From Antedon mediterranea (taxonomy: Eukaryota; Animalia; Echinodermata): 64,000 bases of DNA. A model generated the notes under the pieces. That model ran no database searches and was not told the DNA's origin. It saw nothing but the letters and a program-made list of their open reading frames with translations. The DNA is taken from contig NC_092679.1 of assembly GCF_964355755.1 (NCBI RefSeq), forward strand, positions 17,157,432-17,221,431, read 5' to 3'. Made by a program: the position numbers and the translations under genes. Shown here piece by piece: positions 38,391 through 52,643 of this stretch; position 1 is the first letter of the stretch, and each line of letters starts with the position of its first letter.

Positions 38391-38953
38391 ACCACACATT
38401 CATTTTTTGCCATTTTTGTATTCTAGAAAATCGTAAGTGTGCGTATAGGTTTTATATTTTTGCAGTAAAATGAATTCGCAATATTATATCATATATAAGT
38501 AATTGTATTAATTATTGTTTTATATATATTTTTATGTTTAAATAAAACTGTAACTATTGATGAAGTTAATTTCTTATGGTAGGCAATATTTATTTGTTAA
38601 ATATGTTATTACGAAAACTATATTACTGATAATATTTAAGTTTCCAACACTTTTACTTAAATCTTAAATGAAAGTCTTCATTTTATTGTAATATGCAAAA
38701 CAAAACTAAATAATAAAAAATAAGTTAACATGGTGATAAAAATGAAAGCAGCTGAATTAATAATTAAGCTTAAAAAAAATAATAAAAGTATGAACTGAAT
38801 ACAAGACTGTTGATATCTTGTTCATCTACTTACTAACTAGATAGTGCTAAAACATGTCAGTTCCAAGACCAGGGCCAACCCAAAATACTAGCTTGTTATG
38901 TGGAAAGAACATAGATCAAGAGTGAATGTTCAGCAGAAGAAAGATTTAAGATG

Positions 38954-41900
38954 TTAGAAAAGTTTTGTCTTTCCTCTTTGGTATTGTCGAAGCTGCCTTA
39001 ATCCAGCATGTGCAGTACAGAAAAGTAGTCCTGCCCCGTGGCCAATCACAACACCAATTGAACATGATATAGGCCACACCTAAATCAGCAAAAAAAAACA
39101 GATAACATAAATAAAACCATTAGAAAGTTCTCGTTGTTCATGACAGGGGTTGGAATTAAAGCAAATAAGCAACTTGTACTGAAATCATTCGGAATAAAAT
39201 TGTGATTAGGATTTACCTGCCAAGGCCTATCCCAATCTAGTGGTATCGGTAAAGCTCCTAGCCACGCCCCTAACAAGCTACAACAGGCAACTGCTAATAC
39301 ATAGCTTTCCACTCCTGGTAAAGTACTGAAAATAAAGCAATAAACAGGTTGGTTTGGAAAAGTGTTCTCTGTGGAAATTATAGGTGGCAGCAAACAGGTT
39401 TTATTAAAGGCAAATAATAGAATCATGTATCTTTAATAAAAAATATAGGTGGCAGCAAACAGAGTTTTTTAAAAGGCAAATAATGAATCATGTATCTTTA
39501 TTATTCTGTACTCACCTTCCTATAATTAGTCTATTCCAAGCATCTTGATTAAGTTCATTAATTAATAAACATGGTAAAGAAACTAATGTTGACATTAACA
39601 CAGAGAAAACAAATGTCTCTTCTATATTTCTGCAAGAATAAACAATCCATGGTTTGTTATACATTTTGTTGAAGGTTATGAAAAATTTGCATAACATGTG
39701 GTTGTGTGAAATATGTGCCAGTCTGGTATTGTTACTTCCGAAGTGCGCAGAGTGTATCATGGTCAACTTCTGAGCACTCCAGACACGCATATCATATTAG
39801 GTTTAGGTGATTCTGATGAATAAAGATTTTCTTTAGTGAGTGATTGAGCAGACAAACTAGTAAGAAAACAATGGTACATTTTTAACATTTAAAATGTTTA
39901 ATATAAAATTTTCCTGTAATACTTACTCAAATATATAAGCACCATACAGCACTGAAATGACTTGGAAAGCAATACAACTGGCAACGTACAAGAAGAATAA
40001 TAAAACTACATTTCTTAACTTGATCCAAAAAGAGATTCTCGTCTGATAAAAAATAAATAATGCTTTTGTTACAAGGGAGTCACATAAGAGACATTAAAAT
40101 ATACTTTATTTTTGCTTTATATGTAATATTTAACTGATTTAAATTAATGTGAAAAATTCCCACTATATGTGAAAAATTACTAATTGCAAATCTACTCGCT
40201 GCATACGCGCATACTCTATGGCAATGATTTTGAGGAATGAAGGCCACTTTTTGGCAAAAAACTCATAAATATGAGTACTGTTGTAGTTGAACCGTACTGC
40301 AGAGGTATGGGGTTACTACAGACAGAGATCATGGAGGTTCACTATAATATTTCTATGGGTATTTTAAAAACCATAGAAGCCTAATAATAATTAGTTATCC
40401 GCTTAGTAGCGGATAACTCCTTGTAATCGTCCTGGATCTTTTTTTTTTTCTTTATATTATTCTTCTTTCTTTCTCCTCCATTTTTGTGTCTCGCGTATCT
40501 CAAAAACTTGTAAACATAACATTTCATAACTTTGTCAACATATGGGCATTTACGTGAAGTTGTGCACCTCCTATTTTGAATGACGTCAGAGTTGCGCAAT
40601 GTGACTTACGTGCGATTTTATGATTTTTTATGATTGATCATAGGCTAAAAACCAAGCATAATTTTATTTTGACACTTTCTGAAAATTTAAGTCATATCAA
40701 GGGCAAACTTTTTGTCGATTAAAAATGCCATGTTTTACAAGACGTTACGCGCGCACGCGCATTTCTCCTCTATTTTAGTGTCTCGCTTATATCAAAAATG
40801 TGTAAACATAACATTTCATAACTTTGTCAACATATGGGCATTCACGTGAAGTTGTGCACCTACTATTGTGAATGACGTCAGAAATGCGTAACGTGACTTA
40901 CGCGTGATTTTATGAATTTCCCGTATTCAACATAGATTGAAAACCATATAACTATGTAAGTTGAAACTTAGCAAAAGTTTAATTTATATCTTGCGCTAAC
41001 TTTTTGTGCACTAAAAATGGCATTTTTTAAACGAAGTTACGCGCGCACGCGCATTTAAAATTTAAAATGCACAAAATTAATTTCTAATCAACTTTCTACG
41101 CTGATCATGAAATTTTGAGCATGTCAAAAATTCCCACGCGCGCGAACAATTTTACGCGCGTGGTCCGCACGTAGCGCTAAAAACATCTGTTTTTGCGTGA
41201 ATTATGTCTTTCCAGCCTTTTATAGTAATTTTATCAAATTTTAAAACAATTTAGACTTAAAATTACGTCATACGAGCACGTCGAATTATACAATTTGTGC
41301 GTGTTTTTAAAGAAAAAATTCAAAAATTCGTCAAAATTATGCCTTTTTTTAAACAATCATAGATTCTAAACTACGTGGAGAACTTTTTTTTACTTACATA
41401 TTCTGGAAGGTGATGAGTTGTAGATATCGGATCATTAATCAATATGGCTAACCGGACATTGTGACGTCATCGTATGGCCACGCGAATATAAAATATAGGA
41501 TTTTTGTCTCTTTCGTCATAGCTCATCACATTTAATAGAGCGCATCTCCACTTATTCGTTGTCCATTTTCACCCCGATTTTAATATATTCTAGGTCAATC
41601 AACTATCTTTTGCATGAATTAAATTTTTTAAAATTTTTTTAACGTCATCATGCCTACAAATTTAAATTACGTTGGTCATTAATTTCATCTTTACAGTAAA
41701 TTTTAATCTGTTATAGCTCGTAAGAATAAAATGTGATAATCACGAATAAAACGTTTTCAGGAAGCTATTGTATTGTAGATACAAAATCATGTGAAAATTG
41801 TGCCAATTGAATGTTGTGACATCATCATATGGCCAGTTAAATAAAAAAAGTCGTATTTTCATCTTTTGCCTTATATTTCATTACATTTAAAAGAGCGCGC

Positions 41901-42733
41901 ATTAATATTTCACGTATTCAAATTTCTTCTACACGTTAATATGTTGTTGCTGAGATAATTTTATTCTGAAATTTCTACTTTTGCATTTCATTTTGAAACC
42001 GTCAAGATGTTAAAAATTACAATAAAATACCGGTCCCGTAATTTCACCTATTTTACACTGTTTGTGATATGTATACAGATTGTACTGTGTATACTATATG
42101 ACACAAAATTACAGAATTCAGAAATAACAACATATCATATTCTTCAGTTCAGGTCATAATGCCTTAATATTTTTCTGTGTGCAATATTCTAACGTATGAC
42201 ATGCACGTGGCGTTTGTCGAGCGGATAACTAACTCGTCAAAGTGACGAGTTTCATGTCTAGTTAATATTATTATTATTAATAAGTATAATTATATTTATT
42301 TCAAAAAATAAAATATCCATATTTATAATAAATATTTATGTATAACAAACCTACATAAAAAACAGCATTGATTGAAACATTGAATAAAAGAGGTAAAGTG
42401 TCGCATATTGCCATTTGTAGGCCCAAAAACACAAACCTTGTAAATCAATACACCCGTACTACTGCGATGGCTAGCTGCCTTGCCCACGCCTGCCAACTTG
42501 ACCAAAACAAACAGCAACAGCTGAAACACGGCCCACGAACATGCTAGGGTTTTTATAAGAAAAAGAGGAGTATATACTTCCTCAATATCTTGAATTTGTA
42601 AAGAAACTAATGCAACAATTATATAAAATACAGATGTGATTGTAGCGAGTAAAGCAAAAGTATTAGTTACGGAATATGAGCCGGTTTTTCCATCATTAAT
42701 TCTGCCTTCTACACTTCTACTGGGTGCTGCCAT
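38954..42733 (-). CDS. PIGF: GPI anchor biosynthesis protein PIG-F, 5 exons
   Basis: Exons approx 42438-42733, 39927-40043 (VISVLYGAY), 39516-39629 (EETFVFSVLMSTL), 39218-39326 (GAWLGALPIPLDWDRPWQ), 38954-39079 (VWPISCSIG...*). The GAWLGAxPIPLDWxRPWQxWP motif is diagnostic. Confidence 0.94.
40391..42263 (+). mobile_element. Non-autonomous Helentron/DINE-1-like (HINE) element in PIGF intron 1
   Basis: 13-bp subterminal IRs ttagttatccgct (40391) / agcggataactaa (42220); 5' palindrome agttatccgct-tagt-agcggataact; 3' stem-loop aactcgtca-aag-tgacgagtt then ctagtt; internal ~292-bp tandem duplication. Confidence 0.85.
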
Positions 42734-43444
42734 CTTGTTTACGAGCGAGCGCCCTCCTACGTTTAAAAAGTTTTGGGTGCGTGTGACAATTTTTCAAAAT
42801 AATGTATTTGTGTTTGAACAAAGAAAATTTGCATAATAAATGAAAAAAGACAAAATTTGACAACGAAAAAATAAAATTTATTTTTCCATTAATAGGCTAA
42901 TCAATAAGTTATTTAAAAAGGCAGAGAGAAAATAATTCAAAATTGAGTTTCAAAGACAGGTCTATGTTAAAAATGTTAACCAGTTTGTTATTTTTAAAAC
43001 CTCCCCAACCCCAATAATTAGAACATACATATATACTTCATAAATAAATAATCATAATAATACTAGGCCACTAGGCCTACATAAGCATACATTTATACAG
43101 TAGAGTAAAATAAATTGTTTTTCACCTTGTCGGATAAAGAAAATCAGTAGTCAGTATCAGTACTGTAGAAACAAGCCTAATAAGATATGCATAACTTTAC
43201 AATAAAAAAATAATTGCACATATCAAGTCAAAAAAAGAATTATCCTTAAAACTTAAAAAAGGGGTGGAAAATATGTGATTTAATTACTAAAAATTTACGA
43301 ACGAAAAAATCCCTCCTCACGAGTGTTGAGCAGGGTGTACTCTAAACTTTACAATATATAATATTTATTTTATGAATTTTTATTTATGATTATGAATAAA
43401 AGAAAACGAAGATAATTTAATATAATCTATGATCTAAAAACTGA

Positions 43445-46400
43445 TCATTGTAACGATGAATCCTCCTCTTGATTGTTTTCAATTTTTTCTAATTGTTCAC
43501 TAGATAACCTTTGTATTCTACGTCGTCTAATTTCTTGGTGATCATGCTCCCCAGGAGTCATTTCAAATTTGAGTTCATAATCATCGGAAATAATCTCTGG
43601 CACCGGCTCATCTTGTCCGCCAGTGGCTCCTAATACTGTTGCTGAAAATAGAATTACAAAGCAAATGTTACTTACTGTGAACAGTCAAATCTGGAACTTT
43701 TCGAATTTGGAAAGTCTACCAAAAGCCAGATTTTTATAAAAAAGAATTACAGTACATCTACCCCTCCTTTGGGAAACCCCTAATCAAGGGACACACTATT
43801 AATCGGACACTTTCATGTTAAAGAACAAAGAGAAATATATGTTTTAACACCCCAGCCAATCAATATTCAAGGAACACCTCTAATTTGAGGACACCCTTAT
43901 TAAGTGGACAATTAGGTGTGTCCCAAAGGTATTCTCTTAAAGGCCAGGTGCAGGCAAAAAATGTCTATTGATCATACATTCCAATAATTATCGATCTATA
44001 GTTTCCCCTATGTTTCATAATTTTTGGGATTTTATTTGTGTTACATGAGCTTGTTGAAAATAAGCACTTTCTTATCAGTGGGGGGATAGTTCAAATTACA
44101 CAGTAAAATCTCTATTCTTTTGTACACACATTTTGTAAATAGAGAGGCATTTTAAAAAGCTATGAAAAATAAACGGTGTGGTAAAAAATGTTATCAGATG
44201 ACTAAATATAGGTAATATAACTTTAATATTACATTTCTGATATTTTTATTCAACTTCAGATTTTTATTTTCATGCTATAGCAAAAATTATCCACCGTATA
44301 TCCACCATCTTTTTTCACTGTCTAGGGAGTCACCAGACATGTTATTACATTAGGTTAACTACATAACAACTGAAAAAAAGTCTTCCTGGTTTTTAGGATA
44401 TTGCTAAACACCGCAAACCCCGCAAACCCCCGCAAACCTCCAAAAAAACATAGCAAACCCCATCGAACCAACATAAAAGTGATTGAATCATGTAGTGTAC
44501 AACCCACTGGGTATATCAATGTAAAAAAAAAATTAAATTTCTACATTTAACAACTTATTTTTGGGGTAAAACATCATTTTTTGGTCAAAAATGATTGGTA
44601 AACCCCGCAAACCTCCAAAAAACCATAGCAAACCCCACCGAACCAACATAAAAGTGATTGAATAATGTAGTGTACGACCCACTGGGTATATAAATTATTA
44701 AATTTCTACTGTTAACTACTTATTTTTGGGGATAAAACATAATTTTTTGGTTAAAAATTAGCAATCATTTTTGACCAAAAAATGATGTTTTACCCCAAAA
44801 ATAAGTAGTTAACGGTATAAATTTAATATTTTTTTTACATGGATATACCCAGTGGGTTGTACACTACATGATTCAATCACTTTTATGTTGGTTCGATGGG
44901 GTTTGCTATATTTTTTTTTAGGTTTGCAGGGTTTAGCAATCATTTTTGACCAAAAAATGATGTTTTACCCCAAAAATAATTAGTTAACAGTAAAAATGTA
45001 TTATTTTTTTTTACATGGATATACCCAGTGGGTTGTACACTACATGATTCAATCACTTTTATGTTGGTTCGATGGGGTTTGCTATGTTTTTTTGGAGGTT
45101 TGCGGGGGTTTGCGGGGTTTGCGGTGTTTAGCAATACCCGGTTTTTATGGAAGAATTTTGCCAAATTTTGTATTTGACCATATTAAGGGAAATTCATGTT
45201 TTTTCGTCTCGATTTCTGTTACAAATATTTGATTTATGTACAATTAACCATATATTATATTTAAAATTCATGCCTGTACCTGAGCTTTAATATGGGATCT
45301 ACTGGCCAGCTAAATAATAGGGTATTTCCTAAAGTTGGCAAATGGAATGTGCATATTATTGTATTGTTTATAATTAATTAACCTATACAAAACAATAATA
45401 CATACAATCAATTTCAGTTCCTTTGGTGGAACTATCTGCAGCTGCTGTAGTTTTACTTGTACTTGGTTGTGAATCTAAATCTGAAGTTGCCGAGGCTACT
45501 GGTGTTGTCACTGTAGTAGTGGCGGATACCGTAACAGTAGAAGCCGTACTGCTACTAGCTGGTACATTTATTCTATCAAAAATAAAAGAAATTGAGTGAT
45601 GCAGAGAACTGAGGCCCCTGATCCCTCTAACACTGGAGGCCTAGGGCATTTTTAGCCTTTTTTGACATATTTTAATGAATTTCTTCTGCGCACTGCTCAG
45701 GGGTTTAGCCAGTGAGCGCTCATAGGCGTTATGCCACTGGATGTACAGAAGAACCGAAAGTCTAATAATTCCTCAACTTTGTTGGGTCCTGAAGGTGTCC
45801 CTCTTAATAGAGGTTTTACGGTACTACAAACAAGTCAGTCTCAAGATTCCAAAACAAATAAAATAAAAATAAAAATAAAAAAATAAAATAGATTATTTGA
45901 AGCAGGTATATGAATACTTACCCCAGGTTTTGCATTACTGTTGTATACTGTTGTATTTGTATCATAGCTGCATCTAGGAATGTGTGTATACTACGAAGGC
46001 ATTCGATCCTCGCCTCCATATGAGATCTTTCTGTACCCTCCATAGCTCGTAATTCTTCATCATTCAAGCCTTGGAAATCTGGAGGAGGTCTAGGTGGTGG
46101 AATATCTGGCAAATCAAACACAAACAAATTATTTTTAAAATCGAAAAACTGTGGATAGCTACATATTATAGAGTAGAGTTGTGGCTTGGTGGTTATGATG
46201 CTTGGCTACCATTCCAAAGGTCCTGGGTTCAAGTCCCGTCACATGTCAGGATTTTTTCTAAGGACAAAATTACAACTCCACTCCCAAAGACTTGTAATAA
46301 GACTTTGTTTGTGTAGAGCATCTTGTGCATATGTTTGTCTTGTGAACCTCTGAGGGTCCCTAATGATCAGCAATTGCTGGATGGATCACCCTCATTAAAT

Positions 46401-49400
46401 ATGGTTTTTAAAAAAATGAATTGTTTTGTGTGATGTTTTTCTTGTTATTTGTCCATGTTTTTTACATTGTATTTTTATGGAGACAAAATAAATGAAATGC
46501 ATAATTAAGTCTAACCTACCTACTAAAAAAATGTGGAAAATAAAAGCAGAAAGTTCAATTACTTACTAAATGGTGGAATCATAAAAGGTGGAGGCATCAT
46601 AAATGGAGGGGGCATCATTCCCTGGAACAGTGGGGGCGGTGCAGTTGTTGTACTATCTGCTTCTGATGTACTAGTAGTGCCTAAATATAAAATAAAACAT
46701 TTAAACAAAGGTAAAAAACTGGTGATCAACTACAGTAAATTTAATGAAGTCAGTCAGTGTTAGGCGGTAGGAAACAAAAGGTAAACCATTTATTTTATTT
46801 CAAAAGGCTTGAACGAAGATTGAATTGAAAGTTTGCGTTATGAAAATAAAAATATCAGAGATGTCACAAGAAATAAAGTGTTTTCGCAAGAAAAGGGAAC
46901 AATCTCTGTTCAAGCCACTGGGTTGCCAAAGGCCTCTGTTAAAAAGTGGTCAGGTTGAAACCATACAACCGTACTGGTGGCTACAGCGCTAAATATGCAA
47001 AATAATCGATATAAATCGATAGGATTTTCGGATACAGTAAATTCATTTAGTCTAGAAAGCAAATTTATTTGTTCCAGTTACCTTGTGTGGCATCTGCATT
47101 AGCTTGAGTTTGTGCAGGCTGAGGTGGTTGTGGAAAAGCCATTCCAGGCTGTGGGAATTGACCAGGCTGTGGAAACTGCGGGAATTGTCCATGCTGCATT
47201 GGAAAAAACGGGAAGCCAGGAAATGGTGGCATCATGCCAGGAACTGCAAAGAAAATAAACAGAATTTTAGCTGATTCTTTGTTCTGTATCTATAATTTGT
47301 ACAGTATCACAGGCAAATTGTTTGATACATTGTCACATAGGTATCACATGTAACACCCTTTGCATACTAATCATACCAACCTTAACATAGTACAGGTGCC
47401 ACATGTGATAATTAATAAATATGTGACACTCTATTACAAAATTTGCATATGATATTGGACATTATTATGTATAATGCCATATGTGGAGGTACAGTACAGA
47501 GAATGTTTGCACACAAGGTCACGAGGTCAAGCCTTGTCTTACCATTTTGATTAGCATTTTGCTGTTGCTGAGGTGCCTGTGCTTGCTGCTGTGTTGGCGT
47601 TGTGGGCATACGCAATACATCCATACGGCATGTTGGGCAAGACTGTTGTCTTTGGAACCATGATCGAAGGCAGCTGGTGTGAAAGATGTGGTTGCATGGT
47701 AGCTTCTTACAGTTGGTGACCATCTCTTCACGGCAGATGATGCAGACGTTATCCCCAGCTGCAAGCTCTTCTGGTGTGGCATCTGGATAACTAAAGAGGA
47801 AAACATCATGACATGAGCCATTAAAGAGCTGAAAACCAATCACACATTATTGTAGTAGAACCCTCCCTTTGGACATTGGTAATCAGTAACACCTCTTAAG
47901 GGGACACTTTCCTGTTTAACAAACAAATTTTACAAACACTTATTTTATTTATTTCAGTTGACAACCAACAGCGATGAAACCGCCACTAACAGGTTGAATC
48001 TAAACATAATAAACTATAATAATATATTCAAATAAGCAACAATAACATAAACAAAGATTGGAACATTATAGACATTTAACAATTTTACCCTTAAATACAT
48101 TTAAACTATCATAAAATAAATCAATATCCAAACAATTAACAAATAACCTATTAAATGCATTCAACACGACCATACGAAGGAACACTTTGTTGGGTCTCAA
48201 AAGTGTCTCTTAAATAGGGGTGCTACTATCATTTCTCTAATATATACGAATGGATACAAATGTATGTTCTACTTACAGTGTATTCATATTTCTGATAGCT
48301 CTTCTAGACAAAACGACATCATTGAGTGCTTTTTTGAATGACCTATCATAAAAGCAATATGTATATTAATAAAAATAAAATCATAATTTATTAAATGTTT
48401 CATATACTCAAGGATACACTGCTAAGTATATTTTTGAAAGAATGACATTTCTAATTAAAAAAGTGACTGTTCAATTTATTATTAATACCATATAAATAAT
48501 CTACAATTTTATCTTTTAATCAATATGCAAAACCTTTTACTTAACTTATTACTTATAATAATATTTATTCGGTCATCAATGTAAAAATAACCAGGAATGA
48601 GAATAGACTAAAGCCCAAACAGATTCTGCACTCACTCCATACAATACAAACAGTTAAGATAAAAAATTAACATGATATATATTTACTTTCCGTTTGTAAA
48701 ATTATAAAAAAATAAGTCTACGCAAGGTCAGCAATTAATCACACTAACGTAGTCAATAATTTATTTTCGCACTCCCTTAAATTTGAAATAAATCTGGTCC
48801 GGTATTGTTATACATTGGAACCTAATTAAAGATGAGCGTAATAAATAAAACTACCAACCATTAATAGTAAGTCATTTATTTTTCCACACACTAACATAAA
48901 AATACATTTCCTGGTTTGTTAAATATTGAAACATATTAAAGATGAGTCTATTGTAATAATATATATTAATATTAGAACTTATTATTTTCGCACTTAAATT
49001 CTACGAAATATGATATTTCCCTAGACCATTATTACAGTACATCATAATGTTCCCTTTTAATGTTCATTTATCTAATAATGACATTTTATATGTATTTTAC
49101 ATATTTATATACATTGATAAATGTCACTGAAGGTCCGTATATTATTTACATTTTATGTCATTATATAGATAAAAGTTGATATATTTATTGTATCAAGTTT
49201 TTTTCCAATCAACCACATTTTAAATTGCCTTGTTAATTTAAATTTTGATTTGAAATTATAACAACAAAAAAAGAATGTATTGTACTAACCTCATTGCAAG
49301 ATACATTGGCCTGATCGCAAACAATGGGAAAGTGTGCACTTTAATCATAATAGCCATAAATGCTGTGTATAATATCACCTTTATGAAGCCTGACAAAAAA

Positions 49401-52329
49401 GTTCCATATAAAAATTATTGTTAAATATATAAATATTTGTAACAAGCTAAACTATCCAAGGAAATTAAGGTGGTGGCAGACTAAAGAATTATCTTTTGAC
49501 TCAAATATTTGGGCATATCACTACCATATTTGGGCACATCACATGATTATTATACTTATATAGCATGGTTTTACTAACACTAACAGTTATAGATAAAATC
49601 AGACTTGCTATTTCATATGTAATTAAGAAACCACTAAAGCCTATGGTTGACAAAAACAGTGTTTTTTTTATGATTTAAAAAACAGTTTATTCAACCGTAC
49701 ATTCGATACTGGGAATTTTCAGTGTTTTAGTATTTTCATTTTCCTTATAATACACTCTTTGCTATCATTACTAAAAATGCGATTTGCAAGGAGCCTCTGT
49801 TAAATATTAATATATACTACTTCAACTTAAAAATATTATTAATATGAATATTTTCAATATTAATGCGAGTATTCTTAAATATCAATATGAATACTAAATG
49901 ATAAACATCCATTACACCAAGATTATGTATGGTTAAGGTCACGAAAGCGACTACGTAGCACACTATATAGAACTAACAGATATCTTAATTCATTCGTCCC
50001 TTTTTCCATCCATGCTTTCAATGACAAATACAGTACTGTTGAATCACCTTGTAGTTTATTTTGTATTGTATATCTTTCTCTTTACTTGTTATATTTATTT
50101 TACTTATATATATTTTGTATGTTATTGTAATGTTATGTGAGCGATTTGTGGCTGTCATGAATTTCCGCAAGGGCCAAATAAATCTGAATCTGAAACTTAC
50201 CCATGACAAGCTCTGTATAGAGTAGATAAACAGCCTTATTCTCCCATGGATTCTCACTTTGTAAGTCAATTGAATGCAAGCCGTACTTCAAGAAGACATT
50301 AACTACAACACTCAATAAAATAGCATACTGTACCAAAGAAAAAATGATTATAATATTATTCAAAATTAAAAAACACAAGCAAATAAATGGTATCTAAGGC
50401 TGAGTTACATACAGTTAGTTGGTTTAACTCCTGTATGTGGCATAGGCGGACTCAGGATTCCTGCAGTCAAACACCATCTAACCACAAATCCCACCTCACC
50501 CCCCATTCTCACACACATTTTAGTAATTACAATAAGAAGGATAGGATGATGTCCACCCACCCCCTTCTTCTATTAGAGTCCTTTAATGTGCAAACATATT
50601 AGAGTACTTTAATGTGCAAACATATTCGAGTCCTTTAATGTGCAAACATATTAGAGTCCTTTAATGTGCAAACTTATAAGAGCATAGTAGTAGTGCATGT
50701 CTGTTGGTCACATTATGCAGCCAAGCTTCTACCTAAATTCTTAAAATCTGTCACACGTTTCGTTTATTTTATTAGTTTCATTTATATCAGAGGAACATTA
50801 GATTTTTATTATTATTATTAGTATTATTTTTACATTTACATCACATGTTACATCACATGTTAAAAATAAAGCCTTACCTCAAAGCCAAAAACAAGCTGAA
50901 CTGATGCGCCCTTAGTCAGCGTATAGTGGTAAGCATTGTGAATAAACAACATATCAAGACAACACAAAACCACCATTATCACTGAAAAAAAACCAAATAA
51001 TCACACATGAATACTGTATACTAGTACCTAGCAACAACTGAAAATTCAATAGACTCACTGCATCCATGTAAACATTGATATGATTATAATAAACATTGAA
51101 TGATTTAATTAAAATTAAATGAATGATGTACTTGGTAAAAATGAGAATACTTACTAATGGCTCGAAGATGGAATATCCACGATATTATTGGGCTTCTTTC
51201 CATCTAAAAAATTTTTGGGAAAATTGCATTATTTAAATCTTCTTTTATAAATTTGTTACACAAACAATAAAAAAAAAATGTTTAACCATCAATTAGAAAT
51301 AAATTAAATTTATCATATTTAATTTTTTTAAATTTAAAATGGTAATTACATAATCTACTCTGTCTTCTGCCAGCCAATGGAAACACTTGAGAAACAAAAG
51401 AAGAGTGAACATGGCAACAAAGCGCGGACTGAAATCATCACGAAACACGGTGAAAGCAAGGCAGGTTTCCGTCACTGCATACCAAGACCGCTCTATCATG
51501 TGCTTAAAAAAACAAAACACAGTAATTTAAAGTATATATTTAGAACACTATATTTGAAATGATTGACATTTAGTGACTGGGGTGTATATGGTTGAATATT
51601 TTATTAACTTTTCGATTACGTACTTCCATTTCTGCATCCCGTAATTGACCGAAAAACACTTTCTTGAAAAGTTTTCCCATTAGGACAACAAACACCAAGG
51701 CTTGCGAGTATAGTACCTATAACATAAAATAAAACATTTATTTAATATTAGTACAGTAGTATGTAGAAAAACAAGGCTTTGTGAGGGTACGCCTAGTTAC
51801 AGTAGCCTACTGTAGTATAGGCTAGCCTCTACTACGAGTACTATCTAGGGCCTAGCCTACCTAGCACTAGGTTTTAATGGTAGAGAGTAAAATTATTATA
51901 TTATTTTATGATAAATCAAAATAAAATCATCAACAATAATTTTAATAAAGAAAAGACAAGCAATCTGACTGACTAATAATTAATATTAAAACATAAGAAC
52001 TTCATACATTTATTTCTCTACTCTAGCCTACTTGACTATTCTAGGCCTCCTCTTACAACCCGAGCCAACTTCGCGAGGCAGCCAGGAGGAAAGGCGGACA
52101 AGGATGAAAATAGTGTTTTAATAGCCTAGGCCTAGGCCTAGCCTAGGCTAGATTATTTTTATACTTTATCATCAGCCGTTTTTCATCTTCACATACTTAC
52201 CGCCATGCTTGCATTTGATTTTGTAATATACACCATTGACGGGTAAAATTGTTTCTTTTGAAAATATGCATGGCCAACGACTGCAAAAGTAAGCACAAAG
52301 CTTAAAGATGTAACAATTGCACCCCTCAT
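43445..52329 (-). CDS. SYVN1: E3 ubiquitin ligase synoviolin/HRD1, ~14 exons
   Basis: Exons approx 52201-52329 (KKQFYPSMVYITKS), 51624-51716 (KVFFGQLR), 51350-51502 (ERSWYAVTETCLAFTVFRDDF), 51155-51203, 50878-50981, 50201-50327 (ENPWENKAVYLLYTEL), 49290-49389, 48277-48341, 47543-47790 (RING-H2 CIICREEM..CKKLPCNHIFHTSCLRSWFQRQQSCPTCR), 47083-47243, 46568-46680, 45921-46106 (LRAMEG.ER..MEARI), 45406-45572, 43445-43641 (EIRRRRIQRL). Confidence 0.97.
43941..45286. mobile_element. TTAA-flanked TIR element (Kolobok-like) with internal inverted tandem repeats
   Basis: ttaa|aggccaggtgcaggca ... tgcctgtacctgagct|ttaa; internal ~180-190-bp unit twice forward (44401-44760) then twice reversed (44760-45135). 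Confidence 0.75.
46179..46400 (+). mobile_element. tRNA-derived SINE (degenerate)
   Basis: A-box tggcttggtgg and B-box ggttcaagtcc at tRNA-like spacing; no acceptor stem. Confidence 0.6.
50572..50682. repeat. ~27-bp minisatellite x4
   Basis: attagagtcctttaatgtgcaaacat repeated. Confidence 0.85.
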
Positions 52330-52643
52330 TTTCTTGTAGGCATTTAAGCTAGGCTCGTCGTCGTGTAAATTCTTCTAGCGAAAAACGTCGAGTTGACACG
52401 GTTTATTTGAGAAAGTTCAAAGTTCATATTTATTACACGTCGTATAACTTTCTAATTTACATATGCCTTATATGGTAACTCATTTGCCTTTTATAAACAA
52501 TAAAGTCTATTGCGTTTATGATTGGTTCAAAAGTACAGAATTGTTCCGGATGAGTAGTTACGCAGCAGCAGCAGAGAACCAGCTGAAAAAACAGCAGCCA
52601 CAGCCTAAAAAGTTACAGAGTTAGGAAATCATTTCAACATTAT
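52330..52643. promoter_or_regulatory. Bidirectional SYVN1/Speedy promoter and probable non-coding Speedy exon 1
   Basis: CpG-enriched; DR1 agttca-a-agttca (52414-52426), CArG ccttatatgg (52466-52475), inverted CCAAT (52521), GTAAGT donor at ~52644. Confidence 0.55.

Noticed and set aside
48240-48420. U12-type donors (gtatcc on the minus strand) in SYVN1
   Set aside because: The reading frame is satisfied by ordinary GTAAG donors; these matches lie inside introns.
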